Origin: Sulfurimonas sp. | GTDB taxonomy: Bacteria; Campylobacterota; Campylobacteria; Campylobacterales; Sulfurimonadaceae | NCBI RefSeq assembly: GCF_029027585.1 | Contig: NZ_CP093397.1 | Coordinates: 1,103,405 to 1,167,404, forward strand | DNA: 64,000 nucleotides | Direction: 5' to 3' | Shown: in pieces, positions 48,217 to 59,250 of the stretch | Layout of the letters: every line of letters starts with the position of its first letter | Position numbering within the stretch: position 1 is the stretch's first letter | The notes under the pieces: model-generated | The model's input: the letters and a program-made list of their open reading frames with translations, nothing else | Told to the model about the DNA's origin: nothing | The model's database searches: none | Translations under genes and position numbers: made by a program

Positions 48217-51200
48217 ATGTTAAATAAACTCATAGATACCTCTTTAAAGTACAGGTTTTTAGTGCTTACTTTTTTCTTAGCTATTAGTGCTTTTGGTTAC
48301 AAAGCTTATGTTGAAATACCCATAGATGCTTTTCCAGATATCACACCAAAACAGGTTGTTATCTACACAGAAAGTCCTGGGAATTCAGCCCAAGACATAG
48401 AAAAACTCATAACCTATCCCATAGAATCAGCCCTCTCTGGTATGGCTGGTGTAAAGATGATAATGTCAAACTCATTTTTTGGACTATCTTATGTATCTGT
48501 ATTTTTTCAAGATGATATGGACATATATTTTTTAAGACAACTTGTAAATGAACGACTAGGAAGTGTAGATATTCCTGCTGGGTGGGGTTCACCTCAACTT
48601 GGACCAAACACGACGGGATTAGGTCAGGTTTTTTGGTATCGTTTAAATGATGAAACAAAAGAATATACTCTAAGCCAACTGCGTGAGATGCAAGACTATG
48701 TAGTTACTCCTCTTTTAAAAAGTGTAACTGGCGTTGAAGAAGTTATAGGCTGGGGCGGAGATGAAAAACAATACAATGTTCTTGTAGATACTAAAAAACT
48801 TCAAAACATTGGCGTGACTTATGCAGACATCATAGATGCCTTGCGTAGTGCAAATCAGGCAGCAGGTGGTCAATACTTAGAATTTAATTCTGAACAGTAT
48901 CTTATTCGTGGCACTGGACTTTATAAAACACTAGATGATATTAGAAATACCGTTATAAAATCAAGTAATGGTCACGCAGTTACAATCAGCGATATTGCAG
49001 ATGTACAAACAGGTTCTGCTCCTCGTTTTGGTGCTATTAGCATCGATGGTAAAGAAGCAGTTATCGGTATGGTTCTTCAAAGAACGGCTACAAACGCTGC
49101 TAAAGTTGTTGAGCAAATAAAGAAAAAACTTTCAACCATAAACTCAACACTCCCAGAGGGAGTAAGTATTCAGAGTGTTTATGATAGAACTGAGATAACA
49201 CGAAAAGCTGTTGATACAATGACATCTGCTCTTTTAACTGGTGTTGTTTTAGTAGCGTTTGTTTTGTTTGTGTTTTTGTTTGAGCTTCGTTCGGCTTTTA
49301 TCGTTATAGTATCTTTACCTATATCTTTGCTTATTGCCTTTTTGCTTATGGATTATTATAGTCTATCTGCTAATTTAATGAGTCTTAGTGGTTTAGCTAT
49401 CGCGGTGGGAATGATAGTCGATGGCACAATAGTTATAGTAGAAAATACTTTTAGAAAGCTCCACGATATGCCAGATGCTAATAAAATGGAAGTTATAGCA
49501 ACATCGGCAAAAGAGGTAGCAACTCCTGTTACTTTCGCTGTTTTAATCATCATAGCTGTTTTCATTCCTCTACTTTCACTAGATGGACTTGCTGGAAAAC
49601 TTTACTCTCCAATGGCACTTAACATTGTTTTTGTAATGCTTGGTTCACTTTTAGTAGCACTTGTTTTAGTTCCTGTTTTAGCATTTATGTTACTTCGTCC
49701 TAGTAAATCTAACTCTACTGTTTTAATGCAAATAATCAAAAAAGCATATACACCTCTTTTAGTTTACTCTATCGCTCACGCAAAGATGCTTCTAACAAGT
49801 GTTAGTATCGTGTTTGTTAGTTTGGCAATTGTACTCTCTTTTGTAGGTCGTGAATTTATGCCAGAGTTAAATGAAGAGTCAATCATGTATAGAGTTATAG
49901 CAATTCCTGGAACTGCTCTTTCTCAATCTGTTCAAAATGCATCTGAGATTGAAAAACATATACTCTCAAACTATCCAAATGAAGTAAGTTCTGTTTTATC
50001 TATGATTGGAAGAAGCGAAAAAGGTGAAACTGCTCAGGCTAACTATATGGAAGTCTTACTTACACTCAAAGATGATATAGAAGATTTACCTGCTTTAACA
50101 GATAGGATGAATGAAGATTTAGAACATACATTTGAGCATATCGTCTTTGTTCCAACTCAACCAATCGCTATGAGAATAGAAGAACTTTTGGAGGGTGTAA
50201 AAGCAGAACTTGCCATAAAAATATATGGAGATAATCAAAAAACTCTAGATGCTATATCAAAATCAATCATCAACACCATCGCTGAGGTTGAAGGACTACA
50301 ACGCGCAGAAGTTGAAACTCAACTAGGACAAGCACAAATCAAAATAGAGCCTAATTATTTGGCACTTGCTCGTTATGGCATAAAAGTTGATGAAGTTATG
50401 CAAGTTATTAACAATGGCATCGGAGAGGAACAAGTTACTCAAAAGATAGAAGGTATCAGAAGATTTCCAATAGTTGCGAAAATCAAAGATGCAAAAAAAG
50501 ATATAGCTTCTCTTAAAAACTTAAATATTCGCTCAAGTAATGGAAATTTAGTTTCACTTGATCAAATCTGTACAATAACAATCGAACATGGTGCTTCGTT
50601 CATAAAGCGTGAAAATTTAAGTCGTTATATGGTTTTGTCTATGGAAGTTGAAGGTCGTGATATTGCTTCATTTGTAGAAGAGGCAAACAAACTTATAGAA
50701 AAAAATGTAAACATTCCATCTGGTTATTACATAGGTTGGGCAGGTGATTTTAAAAATATGCAAGAAGCAACACAAAAGCTTAAAATCATCATACCAATAA
50801 CTATATTTTTGGTTATTTTACTTTTATTTACCGCATTTAACTCCATCTCAAAAGCTTTGCTTATTCTTATAAATGTACCGTTTGGTTTTATAGGGGGGAT
50901 TATCGCTTTAGTTGCAAGTGGCATCTACTTGTCAGTATCTGCAATCATAGGCTTTTTAGCCATCTTTGCCATAGCTATTTTAAACGGTATAGTCTTAGTC
51001 AGCTTTATTGATGAACTACGGCTTAAGTTTCCAAATGTAGATCTAAAAATTTTACTAAAAGATGCTGCTTTACTTAGACTTAGACCAGTACTTATGACGG
51101 CATTTACAACTTTGTTTGGAATTCTTCCACTTCTTTATGCCAGCGGTGTAGGAAGTGAAATACAATACCCTTTATCCATTGTTATAACAGGTGGGATTAT

Positions 51201-51297
51201 AAGTTCAACAATTTTAACATTACTTATATTACCTTCAACATATCTGCTTTTTTACAAAAAAGAGCATACAACTAACACTACTAATCAAAAGGATTAA
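48217..51297 (+). CDS. Heavy-metal-efflux RND pump (CzcA/CusA family)
   Basis: 1026 aa with 12-TM RND topology. The TM4 motif is AIAVGMIVDGTIVIVEN. The N-terminus is typical of the family. Confidence 0.92.
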   Translation: MLNKLIDTSLKYRFLVLTFFLAISAFGYKAYVEIPIDAFPDITPKQVVIYTESPGNSAQDIEKLITYPIESALSGMAGVKMIMSNSFFGLSYVSVFFQDDMDIYFLRQLVNERLGSVDIPAGWGSPQLGPNTTGLGQVFWYRLNDETKEYTLSQLREMQDYVVTPLLKSVTGVEEVIGWGGDEKQYNVLVDTKKLQNIGVTYADIIDALRSANQAAGGQYLEFNSEQYLIRGTGLYKTLDDIRNTVIKSSNGHAVTISDIADVQTGSAPRFGAISIDGKEAVIGMVLQRTATNAAKVVEQIKKKLSTINSTLPEGVSIQSVYDRTEITRKAVDTMTSALLTGVVLVAFVLFVFLFELRSAFIVIVSLPISLLIAFLLMDYYSLSANLMSLSGLAIAVGMIVDGTIVIVENTFRKLHDMPDANKMEVIATSAKEVATPVTFAVLIIIAVFIPLLSLDGLAGKLYSPMALNIVFVMLGSLLVALVLVPVLAFMLLRPSKSNSTVLMQIIKKAYTPLLVYSIAHAKMLLTSVSIVFVSLAIVLSFVGREFMPELNEESIMYRVIAIPGTALSQSVQNASEIEKHILSNYPNEVSSVLSMIGRSEKGETAQANYMEVLLTLKDDIEDLPALTDRMNEDLEHTFEHIVFVPTQPIAMRIEELLEGVKAELAIKIYGDNQKTLDAISKSIINTIAEVEGLQRAEVETQLGQAQIKIEPNYLALARYGIKVDEVMQVINNGIGEEQVTQKIEGIRRFPIVAKIKDAKKDIASLKNLNIRSSNGNLVSLDQICTITIEHGASFIKRENLSRYMVLSMEVEGRDIASFVEEANKLIEKNVNIPSGYYIGWAGDFKNMQEATQKLKIIIPITIFLVILLLFTAFNSISKALLILINVPFGFIGGIIALVASGIYLSVSAIIGFLAIFAIAILNGIVLVSFIDELRLKFPNVDLKILLKDAALLRLRPVLMTAFTTLFGILPLLYASGVGSEIQYPLSIVITGGIISSTILTLLILPSTYLLFYKKEHTTNTTNQKD

Positions 51298-51299
51298 TC

Positions 51300-51620
51300 A
51301 TGAAATATTTACCATTACTACTAGCTCCAATCTTTGCGTTTGCTTCTCAAGCTATGACACCAATGGAGCATAGCTCTGTTCACGGATATAACAAGAACCC
51401 GAGTCTTAAAATTAAAACTGAGCAAAAAAAGAAAAAACTTAGTAATATCAAAGACAAAGAAGCTCGTAAAATAGTTAAAGAAGAAACTACGCAAGAGGTA
51501 GAGAAGATTAAACTCACACATTCAGGTGATTTTCTTATTTATAAGGCTACAACTAAAGATTACAGAGTTCAAGTAAATGCCTTAGACGGTACTGTAATGA
51601 AAAAAGAGTCCAAACAATAG
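51300..51620 (+). CDS. Small exported PepSY-like protein
   Basis: Signal peptide. The C-terminal IYKATTKDYRVQVNALDGTVMK resembles a PepSY fold signature. Confidence 0.5.
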   Translation: MKYLPLLLAPIFAFASQAMTPMEHSSVHGYNKNPSLKIKTEQKKKKLSNIKDKEARKIVKEETTQEVEKIKLTHSGDFLIYKATTKDYRVQVNALDGTVMKKESKQ

Positions 51621-51630
51621 CACCAAATAC

Positions 51631-51654
51631 ATGCCCATACTTTTGTATGGGCAT
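51631..51654. terminator. Perfect 10-bp stem / 4-nt loop hairpin between convergent genes
   Basis: atgcccatac tttt gtatgggcat. Confidence 0.65.
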
Positions 51655-51675
51655 CAATCCTCGTAACCACCAAAT

Positions 51676-54192
51676 CTACTTCGTTATATTTCGCATCATA
51701 TGCTTTTTAGTCCGACTTGTAGCAACAGCTTCAAAAGGATTCTCTGGCCAGTAGTGTCTTTTGTACTTACCTCTTACTTCTTTTCTAACCTCAGCGTACG
51801 AGTTCTTCCAAAAGCTTTTTAAATCGTAAGTTATCTGCATAGGAGTCATTGCTGGGGTTAGTAGATGCACTTGTAAAGGTAGAGTGTTAGCCAGCACTTT
51901 TGGTGTTTCGTGAAGCCCAAAAACTTCTTGTATTTTTACTCTCATAGATGGTTTTTCATAGTCTGCATAATCTATGTGTATATTTGAGCCACTTGGTACT
52001 TTAACACTTAGTGGTGCCATAGTGTCTAAAAACTGTTGCTTGTCCCATGCTAGAAGAGATAAGAGCATATTATAAACATCTAAAGCTTCTAGTGCTTTTA
52101 TGCTTGTAACCCCTGATAAATAAGGTTCTAACCAAGCATCTAGTGTATTAAGTAGAGTCTTGTCACTAAAGTCTATAAAGTCCTGATGATGATTTAAAAA
52201 GTTTACTCTATCTTTTAACCTTGTAGCTTTTTTACTCCAAGTCAAAATCCCTAAGCCCTCTTTTTTAACAAGCGCTAAAAGTAGTTTTTTAAAGTTTAAA
52301 TTTTTAGTAGATTGAACTGGTTTTGAGCTAAGTTGCAGTTTTAAAAAGTAAGTATTTTCTCTGATGTCAAACTTCTTAAGCTCTTTGTTGTAGGTTATAG
52401 AATCTTTGTTTACAATGAATAAAGAAAAATACTCTTGAATCTCCGCCATTGTAATACTAAGAGCTAGGTTTATAACAGAGTCTTTATCATGTGCATGAAG
52501 ATTTGCTACCACTAAAAACTCTTGGTTAAACAAAGAATCTTCTTCGTGAAGTATCGCACCTTTTGCATTACTCATAATATATTTCTTGTCGTTTTTTCCT
52601 CTTTGTCGAGCGAGTCTATCGGGGTAAGCAAAAAGAAGTAGTACACTAAGCATCTCTACATTAAATGAACTATTTTTCTTTGGCACTTTTTTTATACTTT
52701 TTAATTTTTTATAAAAGAAATCAGCTGAAGTCATTACCTCTTTAACTCTAAACCTATTTATATAGATGCTATCAAAATCTTTTTGGATTAGATGCATAAA
52801 CCTTGAAGCTATATCGCTATCTTTGCTTGAATTTTTAAATATATCTTTTTCACCTAAAAGAGATGCTAAGAGGCAGGCTTCATAGGCAAAACCTAGGCTA
52901 GTGGCTTTTAAAATCATATAAGCAAATCTTGGATGCAGACCTAAACTAAGCGCATCTTTTCCAAAGGATGTGATTTTAAATGAGTTATCAAGCATGGCAA
53001 GTTCTTGTAAAACTTCTTTAGATTTTTTTATGATATTTAGGCTTGGAATATCTAAAAATTTTAACTCATCAAAATCCTCGATACCCCACAGAGCCAAATC
53101 TAAAATAAGTGAAGATAAATCTGCTCGTAGTATTTCAGGTTTTGTTGATTGTTGTAGTATTTTTGACTCATGCCAAAGCCTGTAACATACCCCACTAGAG
53201 AGTCTGCCAGCTCGACCAGCTCTTTGAATGGATGAATCTTTAGAGATAAAGGTTAAATCTAAATGATTCATGGCATTTGAATAGTTGTATCGTGACTGCT
53301 TTTCTAAACCAGAATCTATGACTACTTTTACACCTTCAATGGTTAGCGATGTTTGAGCGATATTTGTACTTAAGATGATTTTTCTCTTTGTTGATTTACT
53401 TATTGCTGTGTCTTGTTCTTTTTTTGGTAGTGAAGAGTAGAGCGGTAATACTAAAATATCTTTAGATGCTGAGGAGTTTAAAAGAGAATTTTGTAAGTTT
53501 TTTATCTCTTTAACCCCTGCTAAAAAGACTAAAATATCTCCATCATTCTCTTTTATGGCTTTTAGCGTAGTGTTTAAAAGTAAAGAGTTCAAAGACCTTG
53601 CATCTGGTTGTTTTGTCTTGATGTCTAAGTATATATTTTGAACTTCATACATTTTTCCTTTTGAAGTGATTACTGGAACTTTGCCTAGTAAAGATGAGAT
53701 TTCATTTGAGTTAAGCGTGGCAGACATTATGAGTATTTTTAAATCATCACGCAGAAGTTCTTGAACTTGCAAAGATAGTGCTAGTGATAAGTCGGTATGA
53801 ATACTTCGCTCATGAAACTCATCAAAGATAATCATAGCAACATTATCTAGAGTTTGATTACTTTGGAGTTTACGAACCAAAATAGCTTCTGTAACAACTA
53901 AAATTTTTGTTTGTTTGGTATAGCAACTATCCATTTTAACCTGATAACCAACACACTGTCCCAGTTTTTCTCCAAGAAGTTTTGCCATTTGAGTAGCAAC
54001 CATACGAGCAGCAACACGACGAGGTTCTAGCATGATTATTATTTTATCTCCAAGCCAAGTCTCATCAAGTAAGGAGATAGGCACAACTGTACTTTTCCCT
54101 GCCCCAGGAGGAGCTTGTAAAACAAGAGTAGAGTTAGCCTTTAGTGAGTTTTTTATATCATGCAAAACTTCATATATTGGTAGATTATTCAT
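51676..54192 (-). CDS. hrpB: ATP-dependent DEAH-box helicase HrpB
   Basis: APPGAGKST, DEFHERS, SATL, TNIAQTSLTIEGV and QRAGRAGR. It has the long HrpB-type C-terminal domain ending RHYWPENP. Confidence 0.9.
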   Translation of the reverse strand: MNNLPIYEVLHDIKNSLKANSTLVLQAPPGAGKSTVVPISLLDETWLGDKIIIMLEPRRVAARMVATQMAKLLGEKLGQCVGYQVKMDSCYTKQTKILVVTEAILVRKLQSNQTLDNVAMIIFDEFHERSIHTDLSLALSLQVQELLRDDLKILIMSATLNSNEISSLLGKVPVITSKGKMYEVQNIYLDIKTKQPDARSLNSLLLNTTLKAIKENDGDILVFLAGVKEIKNLQNSLLNSSASKDILVLPLYSSLPKKEQDTAISKSTKRKIILSTNIAQTSLTIEGVKVVIDSGLEKQSRYNYSNAMNHLDLTFISKDSSIQRAGRAGRLSSGVCYRLWHESKILQQSTKPEILRADLSSLILDLALWGIEDFDELKFLDIPSLNIIKKSKEVLQELAMLDNSFKITSFGKDALSLGLHPRFAYMILKATSLGFAYEACLLASLLGEKDIFKNSSKDSDIASRFMHLIQKDFDSIYINRFRVKEVMTSADFFYKKLKSIKKVPKKNSSFNVEMLSVLLLFAYPDRLARQRGKNDKKYIMSNAKGAILHEEDSLFNQEFLVVANLHAHDKDSVINLALSITMAEIQEYFSLFIVNKDSITYNKELKKFDIRENTYFLKLQLSSKPVQSTKNLNFKKLLLALVKKEGLGILTWSKKATRLKDRVNFLNHHQDFIDFSDKTLLNTLDAWLEPYLSGVTSIKALEALDVYNMLLSLLAWDKQQFLDTMAPLSVKVPSGSNIHIDYADYEKPSMRVKIQEVFGLHETPKVLANTLPLQVHLLTPAMTPMQITYDLKSFWKNSYAEVRKEVRGKYKRHYWPENPFEAVATSRTKKHMMRNITK

Positions 54193-54242
54193 ATAAGGTA
54201 TTATACTTTATATATAATACAATTCACTTCATTAGAGACTAA

Positions 54243-54400
54243 TATGAAAGAGATACACAAACCGAAACTTATGAAGATGGTGAAACATTTGTAACAAAAC
54301 ATTATTGCAATGCTAAAGATGCTTATGTTAAAGCTAGATCATTTTGTAGGAGACAACTAAAAACAAAGTACGATACTCCAAAGATAAAATCTCATTTTTA
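54243..54400 (+). pseudogene. Decayed duplicate of the 5' end of the MORN-MFS gene at 61053
   Basis: 54274-54333 matches 61114-61173 at 54 of 60 positions, with a constant offset of 6840. Flanking promoter/start sequence (54215-54250 vs 61025-61060) and downstream sequence (54342-54385 vs about 61250-61310) are also recognisably related, with deletions. No intact start codon is in frame. Confidence 0.65.
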
Positions 54401-54437
54401 GATATAATAATTTAAGTATTTAAAAAAGGTAAGTACA

Positions 54438-56465
54438 ATGATAATAGATTTGCATAAAGATGAAATAAAAACTTTATTAAATAAATTACCTGGTATGTTG
54501 TATCGATGTAAGTATAATAATGATTGGACTATGGAGTTTATTAGTGATGGATGTAAAGAGCTTACAGGATATGAAAATAAAGAATTATTATTTAGTAAAG
54601 ATATAACTTATGCGTCTATAATACATGAAGATGACGCTACTGTTCTTTATGATATTGTTACTCAGGCACTTAATGATAAAAAAGCTTTTAACTACGAGTA
54701 TAGAATCAACACAAAAAATGGTGAGTTTAAATGGGTATGGGAGCAAGGTCTTGGCATCTATGATGAAGAAGGCAATGTTTTACACATAGAAGGGTTTATA
54801 ACTGATATAACATCACAAAAAATACAAAAATATAAACTAAAGAAAGAATTATATAAAAAAAATAAAGAGCTTTTAATTAACTTATCTCTTTTAAATGAAT
54901 ATAAAAAAGCAGTTGACGAAAGTGCTATTGTTACTAAAACAAATGTAGAAGGGTTTATAACATATGTAAATGATGAGTTTTGTCGTATTTCAGGATATTC
55001 AAGAAAAGAAGTTTTAGGTAGATCTCATAATATAATAAGACATCCACAAAATCCAAATAAATTATTTAAAAATTTATGGAAAACAATCTTAGATAAACGA
55101 ATTTGGAAAGGTGTAATTAAAAATAGATCGAAAACAAATAAAACATATTATGTTAAATCAATTATTATACCTATCTTAGATTATGATGGTGAGATAAAAG
55201 AATTTATGGCAATAAGACATGATGTTACTGACTTGATACTACAAGAGAAAAAAATAAAATTTCAAACTACTGATCAAATGACACATCTTCCAAATAGACA
55301 AAAATTAATGGAAGATTTGATGCAAGATAAAAAATTTAAACTTGCTATTATAAATATAGAAAAATTTAAAGAGATTAATGAGTACTATGGTTTTGATATA
55401 GGAGATAGACTTTTAATAGAACTTTCTAGCCTTTTATCTAAGCATCTAAAACCATACAAAACAAAGCTCTATAAGCTTCCTAGTGATGAGTTTGCTATAT
55501 TAGTTGACGAGAAAACAAATAAAGATGATTTAAAAAAACTTATCTTAGTTATCTTAAAGTTAATTCTAAAGTTTAACTTTAAAATAGATGGAAATAAGTT
55601 TAATATTAGAGCTATCTCTGGTGTGTCAATGCAAAGAGATTATTTGATAAATGCAGAAATGGCGACAAACCATGCAAAAATAAGTAATAAAAAATTGGTA
55701 TTTTTTGATGAAAATTTAGATATTAAAGATCAGTTAGTAAATAATGTCAAATGGACAAATAAAATAAAACAAGCTATAAAGAAAGATAGAATAGTTGTAT
55801 TTACTCAAGCAATTGTATGTAATACTACTCATAAAATAAACAAGTATGAATGTTTAGTAAGAATGATAGATACTGATGGAACGATTATATCTCCAATGAA
55901 GTTCTTAACCATTGCTAAAAGATCAAGACTATATTCATCTATTACAAAAATAGTAATCAAAAAAGCTATTGAATATTTTAAAGATAAAGATGACCACTTT
56001 TCTATAAATTTTACATTAGAAGATATTCTCAACCCTGATACAGTAAATTATTTAGTAAAAAAAATAAACAAACATGATGGATTAGGTCATAGACTGATTA
56101 TTGAAATAGTTGAAGATGAAGGTATTGAAAACTATGAAGAAGTAAATGAATTTATAAAAAATATGAGGTTTTTAGGATGTAAAATTGCTATTGATGATTT
56201 TGGTACTGGATATTCAAATTTTTATTATTTGATGAGATTAAATGTTGATTTTATTAAAATAGACGGTTCTATTATTAAAAATATTGCCCATGATAAAAAT
56301 GCTAAAGTTGTTGCAGAATTGATTGTAGGTTTTGCTAAACGCCTTAATATCGCAACAATAGGAGAATTTGTTTACAATGAAGAAATTTTAAATATTGTAA
56401 AGAAAATGGGTTTAGATTATTCTCAAGGTTTTTTCTTAGGAAAGCCAAAACAGATAGAGCTTTAG
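54438..56465 (+). CDS. Cytoplasmic PAS-PAS-GGDEF(degenerate, PSDEF)-EAL(ECL) protein
   Basis: Two PAS cores; the second reads ...IVTKTNVEGFITYVNDEFCRISGYSRKEVLGRSHNIIRHP.... GGDEF position reads LPSDEF. EAL residues are ECLVRM, IEIVEDE, DDFGTGYSN, KIDGSIIK and QGFFLGKP. Confidence 0.9.
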   Translation: MIIDLHKDEIKTLLNKLPGMLYRCKYNNDWTMEFISDGCKELTGYENKELLFSKDITYASIIHEDDATVLYDIVTQALNDKKAFNYEYRINTKNGEFKWVWEQGLGIYDEEGNVLHIEGFITDITSQKIQKYKLKKELYKKNKELLINLSLLNEYKKAVDESAIVTKTNVEGFITYVNDEFCRISGYSRKEVLGRSHNIIRHPQNPNKLFKNLWKTILDKRIWKGVIKNRSKTNKTYYVKSIIIPILDYDGEIKEFMAIRHDVTDLILQEKKIKFQTTDQMTHLPNRQKLMEDLMQDKKFKLAIINIEKFKEINEYYGFDIGDRLLIELSSLLSKHLKPYKTKLYKLPSDEFAILVDEKTNKDDLKKLILVILKLILKFNFKIDGNKFNIRAISGVSMQRDYLINAEMATNHAKISNKKLVFFDENLDIKDQLVNNVKWTNKIKQAIKKDRIVVFTQAIVCNTTHKINKYECLVRMIDTDGTIISPMKFLTIAKRSRLYSSITKIVIKKAIEYFKDKDDHFSINFTLEDILNPDTVNYLVKKINKHDGLGHRLIIEIVEDEGIENYEEVNEFIKNMRFLGCKIAIDDFGTGYSNFYYLMRLNVDFIKIDGSIIKNIAHDKNAKVVAELIVGFAKRLNIATIGEFVYNEEILNIVKKMGLDYSQGFFLGKPKQIEL

Positions 56466-56505
56466 CTCGTAACAGATTATTTTAAAACATAACAGGAGTT
56501 TATCT

Positions 56506-58413
56506 ATGAAATACTTACTTTTACTTTTTGCTTTATCGGCTATGATTTTTGCTGATGATACTATTGTTAATGACACAAATGAACCTATGCTTTGTAGAGT
56601 ATCCTATCCAGCTGTATTTGAACAGGAAGTTATTCATGGGATTCAACAAAGAATACAAGTAGAAAAACAAGAATCATTTATGAAAATTCTTAAGCCAGGT
56701 AAAACTTTAGTAAAAAAAAGAGATGGTAATATTGTTTGCTACAATAAACTTCAAAAAATCTCTATTTACAATAAAGGTAATGTACAAAAACTAGAAGGAA
56801 AGCGACTTGAGTCATTTATAAAAAATCATGAACTCTTTGATATCGCTTCATATATAAATGAAAATAAACAGTTTATAGATGCTAAATATGGAGTATCTAA
56901 TCAATGTCAGCCTTATAAAGGTGGAAAGTATTGTAAAAGAATAAATGGTCTGGATATTTTTTATAACAAAGAAGGTAGAGTAAAAAAACTTTTTATATAT
57001 GATAGAGCATTAGTTAGTTCAAAGGGTAAGCCATCACCATTTGAAGTAAACTCTTTTTATAAGATTAAAATAGGTTCAGAGCCTTTAGGTCTATGGGTAA
57101 GTGACAAAAATAAAAAACTAATAAAATCTAAGCCAAGTTTTGAATCTGACAATGTTATTATCTGGGAAAAGCCAATCAAGGGAATAAAACAGATTGTTTT
57201 GACAGCAAAAAATGGGCATATCAATATTTATGGTAATAGGTATAATAGAAGAAATAAAAATAAAAAAGTGGTGCTTCAAGACTATCTTCAAGCCATAGAA
57301 GTTGAGTACGCATTGGATGATAAAGCTTATGCATTACATCAAAAATCTAGACCTATGCCTGAAGTAAAATTTCAATCTATGAAAAACAATTATCAGAAAC
57401 AAAACCTTCCTATAAAAGCAAAAATAACTTGGGGAAAATACCTAAATCCAAAAAATAAGATTCCGACAAATAAATTTAAAGCTTTTTACATAAATACAAA
57501 TAAGCCTAGAAAAGTTATAGCAAGTGAAATAGTACCAAAGGTTAGTGTGAACTATCCATATAGTGAGTTCCACGATATTAAATCTGAAGATTTTGGTGGC
57601 TACTGGGTTGGAAACTTTACTTATGACAAAACACAAAAAATGCATCTTAGTACTTCGCAAAGTTGGGCAAAAACACGAATAATAATTGATGGAATGGTTA
57701 TATATGAAGGTTCAAATAACTCGCAGATACCATTTACTTTTACTAAAGGAAAGCATAAAATAGAAGTAGAGTATGTAAATAACTGGCATACTACTAACTT
57801 TAAGCTAGTTATCAAAGAAAAAGAAAAAAAATATTCTAGTCGTGAATTGAAAAAAGAATTAAAAAAATATAATTTAAAAGACAGCCAAGTTTTATTCGTT
57901 GGAGCATATAAAAGTGATACTAAAAGTCAATCTACAATCTTAAAAATTGCAAAATCATCTAAGCCTATCATTCTTGTTCTAAACTCATACCACAGCATAG
58001 AGTGGATTATAAAAAACCCATACAAAGTTAAAATAAAAGCTGTAGTTTACTCTTCTCGTCATTCTGGAGTAGTTATTAAAGGTGATATATCAAAATCAAT
58101 ACCAATACTTCAGTATCAAAATACTTTAGGCTCATACAGTATGGAGAAAAAATGTATATGTGTCAATGGTGGAGCAAGTTTTCATTGTGAAGGAAGAAAT
58201 GCTTTAAATGTACTAAAGGACATAAAAAAAGTTATAGGAAAAAAGGTATTTGGTTATAGTACTAAGCATAGAGCAGATACTCTTATGGTACCAAATACTA
58301 TATTTGATACGAAAAAGAAAAAAGAACTAGAAAAAGAGATAGTGAAGAATGAGAAACTAAGAAAAGATTGTCAAAAAAAATCAAATCCTGAATTTGAAAA
58401 TATTTTTAAATAA
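56506..58413 (+). CDS. Secreted protein with a PA14-like domain
   Basis: Signal peptide. FGGYWVGNFTYDKTQKMHLSTSQSWAKTRIIIDGMVIYEG...GKHKIEVEYVN resembles the PA14 pattern. The rest was not recognised. Confidence 0.55.
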   Translation: MKYLLLLFALSAMIFADDTIVNDTNEPMLCRVSYPAVFEQEVIHGIQQRIQVEKQESFMKILKPGKTLVKKRDGNIVCYNKLQKISIYNKGNVQKLEGKRLESFIKNHELFDIASYINENKQFIDAKYGVSNQCQPYKGGKYCKRINGLDIFYNKEGRVKKLFIYDRALVSSKGKPSPFEVNSFYKIKIGSEPLGLWVSDKNKKLIKSKPSFESDNVIIWEKPIKGIKQIVLTAKNGHINIYGNRYNRRNKNKKVVLQDYLQAIEVEYALDDKAYALHQKSRPMPEVKFQSMKNNYQKQNLPIKAKITWGKYLNPKNKIPTNKFKAFYINTNKPRKVIASEIVPKVSVNYPYSEFHDIKSEDFGGYWVGNFTYDKTQKMHLSTSQSWAKTRIIIDGMVIYEGSNNSQIPFTFTKGKHKIEVEYVNNWHTTNFKLVIKEKEKKYSSRELKKELKKYNLKDSQVLFVGAYKSDTKSQSTILKIAKSSKPIILVLNSYHSIEWIIKNPYKVKIKAVVYSSRHSGVVIKGDISKSIPILQYQNTLGSYSMEKKCICVNGGASFHCEGRNALNVLKDIKKVIGKKVFGYSTKHRADTLMVPNTIFDTKKKKELEKEIVKNEKLRKDCQKKSNPEFENIFK

Positions 58414-58440
58414 TATCTTTGATTGACTTTCAAATAAATC

Positions 58441-59250
58441 CTAATATATTCTTTTTACAGAGCTAATCCACGGCTCATATCTACTTCCATATTTTACTTC
58501 TACTTTGTAGCTTGGATGGGTGTTTTGTTTTGCATTATATTTGTCTATTGGTTTGACATCTTTTAAAAGATGTTTAAACTCATAAGGCAGGTTGATTTTT
58601 TGTATGTGAAGTTGTTGAATATAGCCATATATTATTTTCTCTTTATAGCTGTTAGATATTTTCACAAGTCCTTTAACTATAATAAAATTGGCTTTGTTAG
58701 TGTACTTTTGTCTTAACGCGTCATAATCTAACCCTGCATCTATAGCAAAAAGTCTAGATGCTGATGTTTGTTCACGAGTAAGATTTCTTTTGGCATTTTT
58801 ATAAGCCCTTTGTTTGCTCTTCTCAGCACTATACAAAGCCTCTTGTTCTGCAAATACTTCTTCTGCTAATTTCAAAGATTTTTTATATGATTCACAATTA
58901 TATTCGAGAACGATAAAGACTTCTTTACTTGGTCTTTTTATATTTTTTTTGTAGATTAAATATTTATCTGTATCAAAACCCAATTCTTTTAGTTTAGTAA
59001 CATTTAGCCAATTACCAAGATGTGAAAATTTTGATTTATTTATGTTTCTATATACAAGCTTAAGAAATATACTATTGTTTTCTTTTTTCATTGAGTATGG
59101 TATTTCAAGTTCTCTTTGCGTTAGTATCGCCTCAGATGTTGTTTCTCCAGACCTGTTAAAATAGATGCCAAGAAGTACAACAATGTTAGTTAAAATCAAT
59201 AATGCAAAAGCTGCTGCAAAAAGCTTAGAAGAAGGGTTTAATATTTTCAT
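58441..59250 (-). CDS. N-terminally anchored protein, DUF4824-like
   Basis: NRSGE..L(T)QRELEIPY and ASRLFAIDAGLDYDALR match my recollection of DUF4824. The assignment is unverified. Confidence 0.45.
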   Translation of the reverse strand: MKILNPSSKLFAAAFALLILTNIVVLLGIYFNRSGETTSEAILTQRELEIPYSMKKENNSIFLKLVYRNINKSKFSHLGNWLNVTKLKELGFDTDKYLIYKKNIKRPSKEVFIVLEYNCESYKKSLKLAEEVFAEQEALYSAEKSKQRAYKNAKRNLTREQTSASRLFAIDAGLDYDALRQKYTNKANFIIVKGLVKISNSYKEKIIYGYIQQLHIQKINLPYEFKHLLKDVKPIDKYNAKQNTHPSYKVEVKYGSRYEPWISSVKRIY

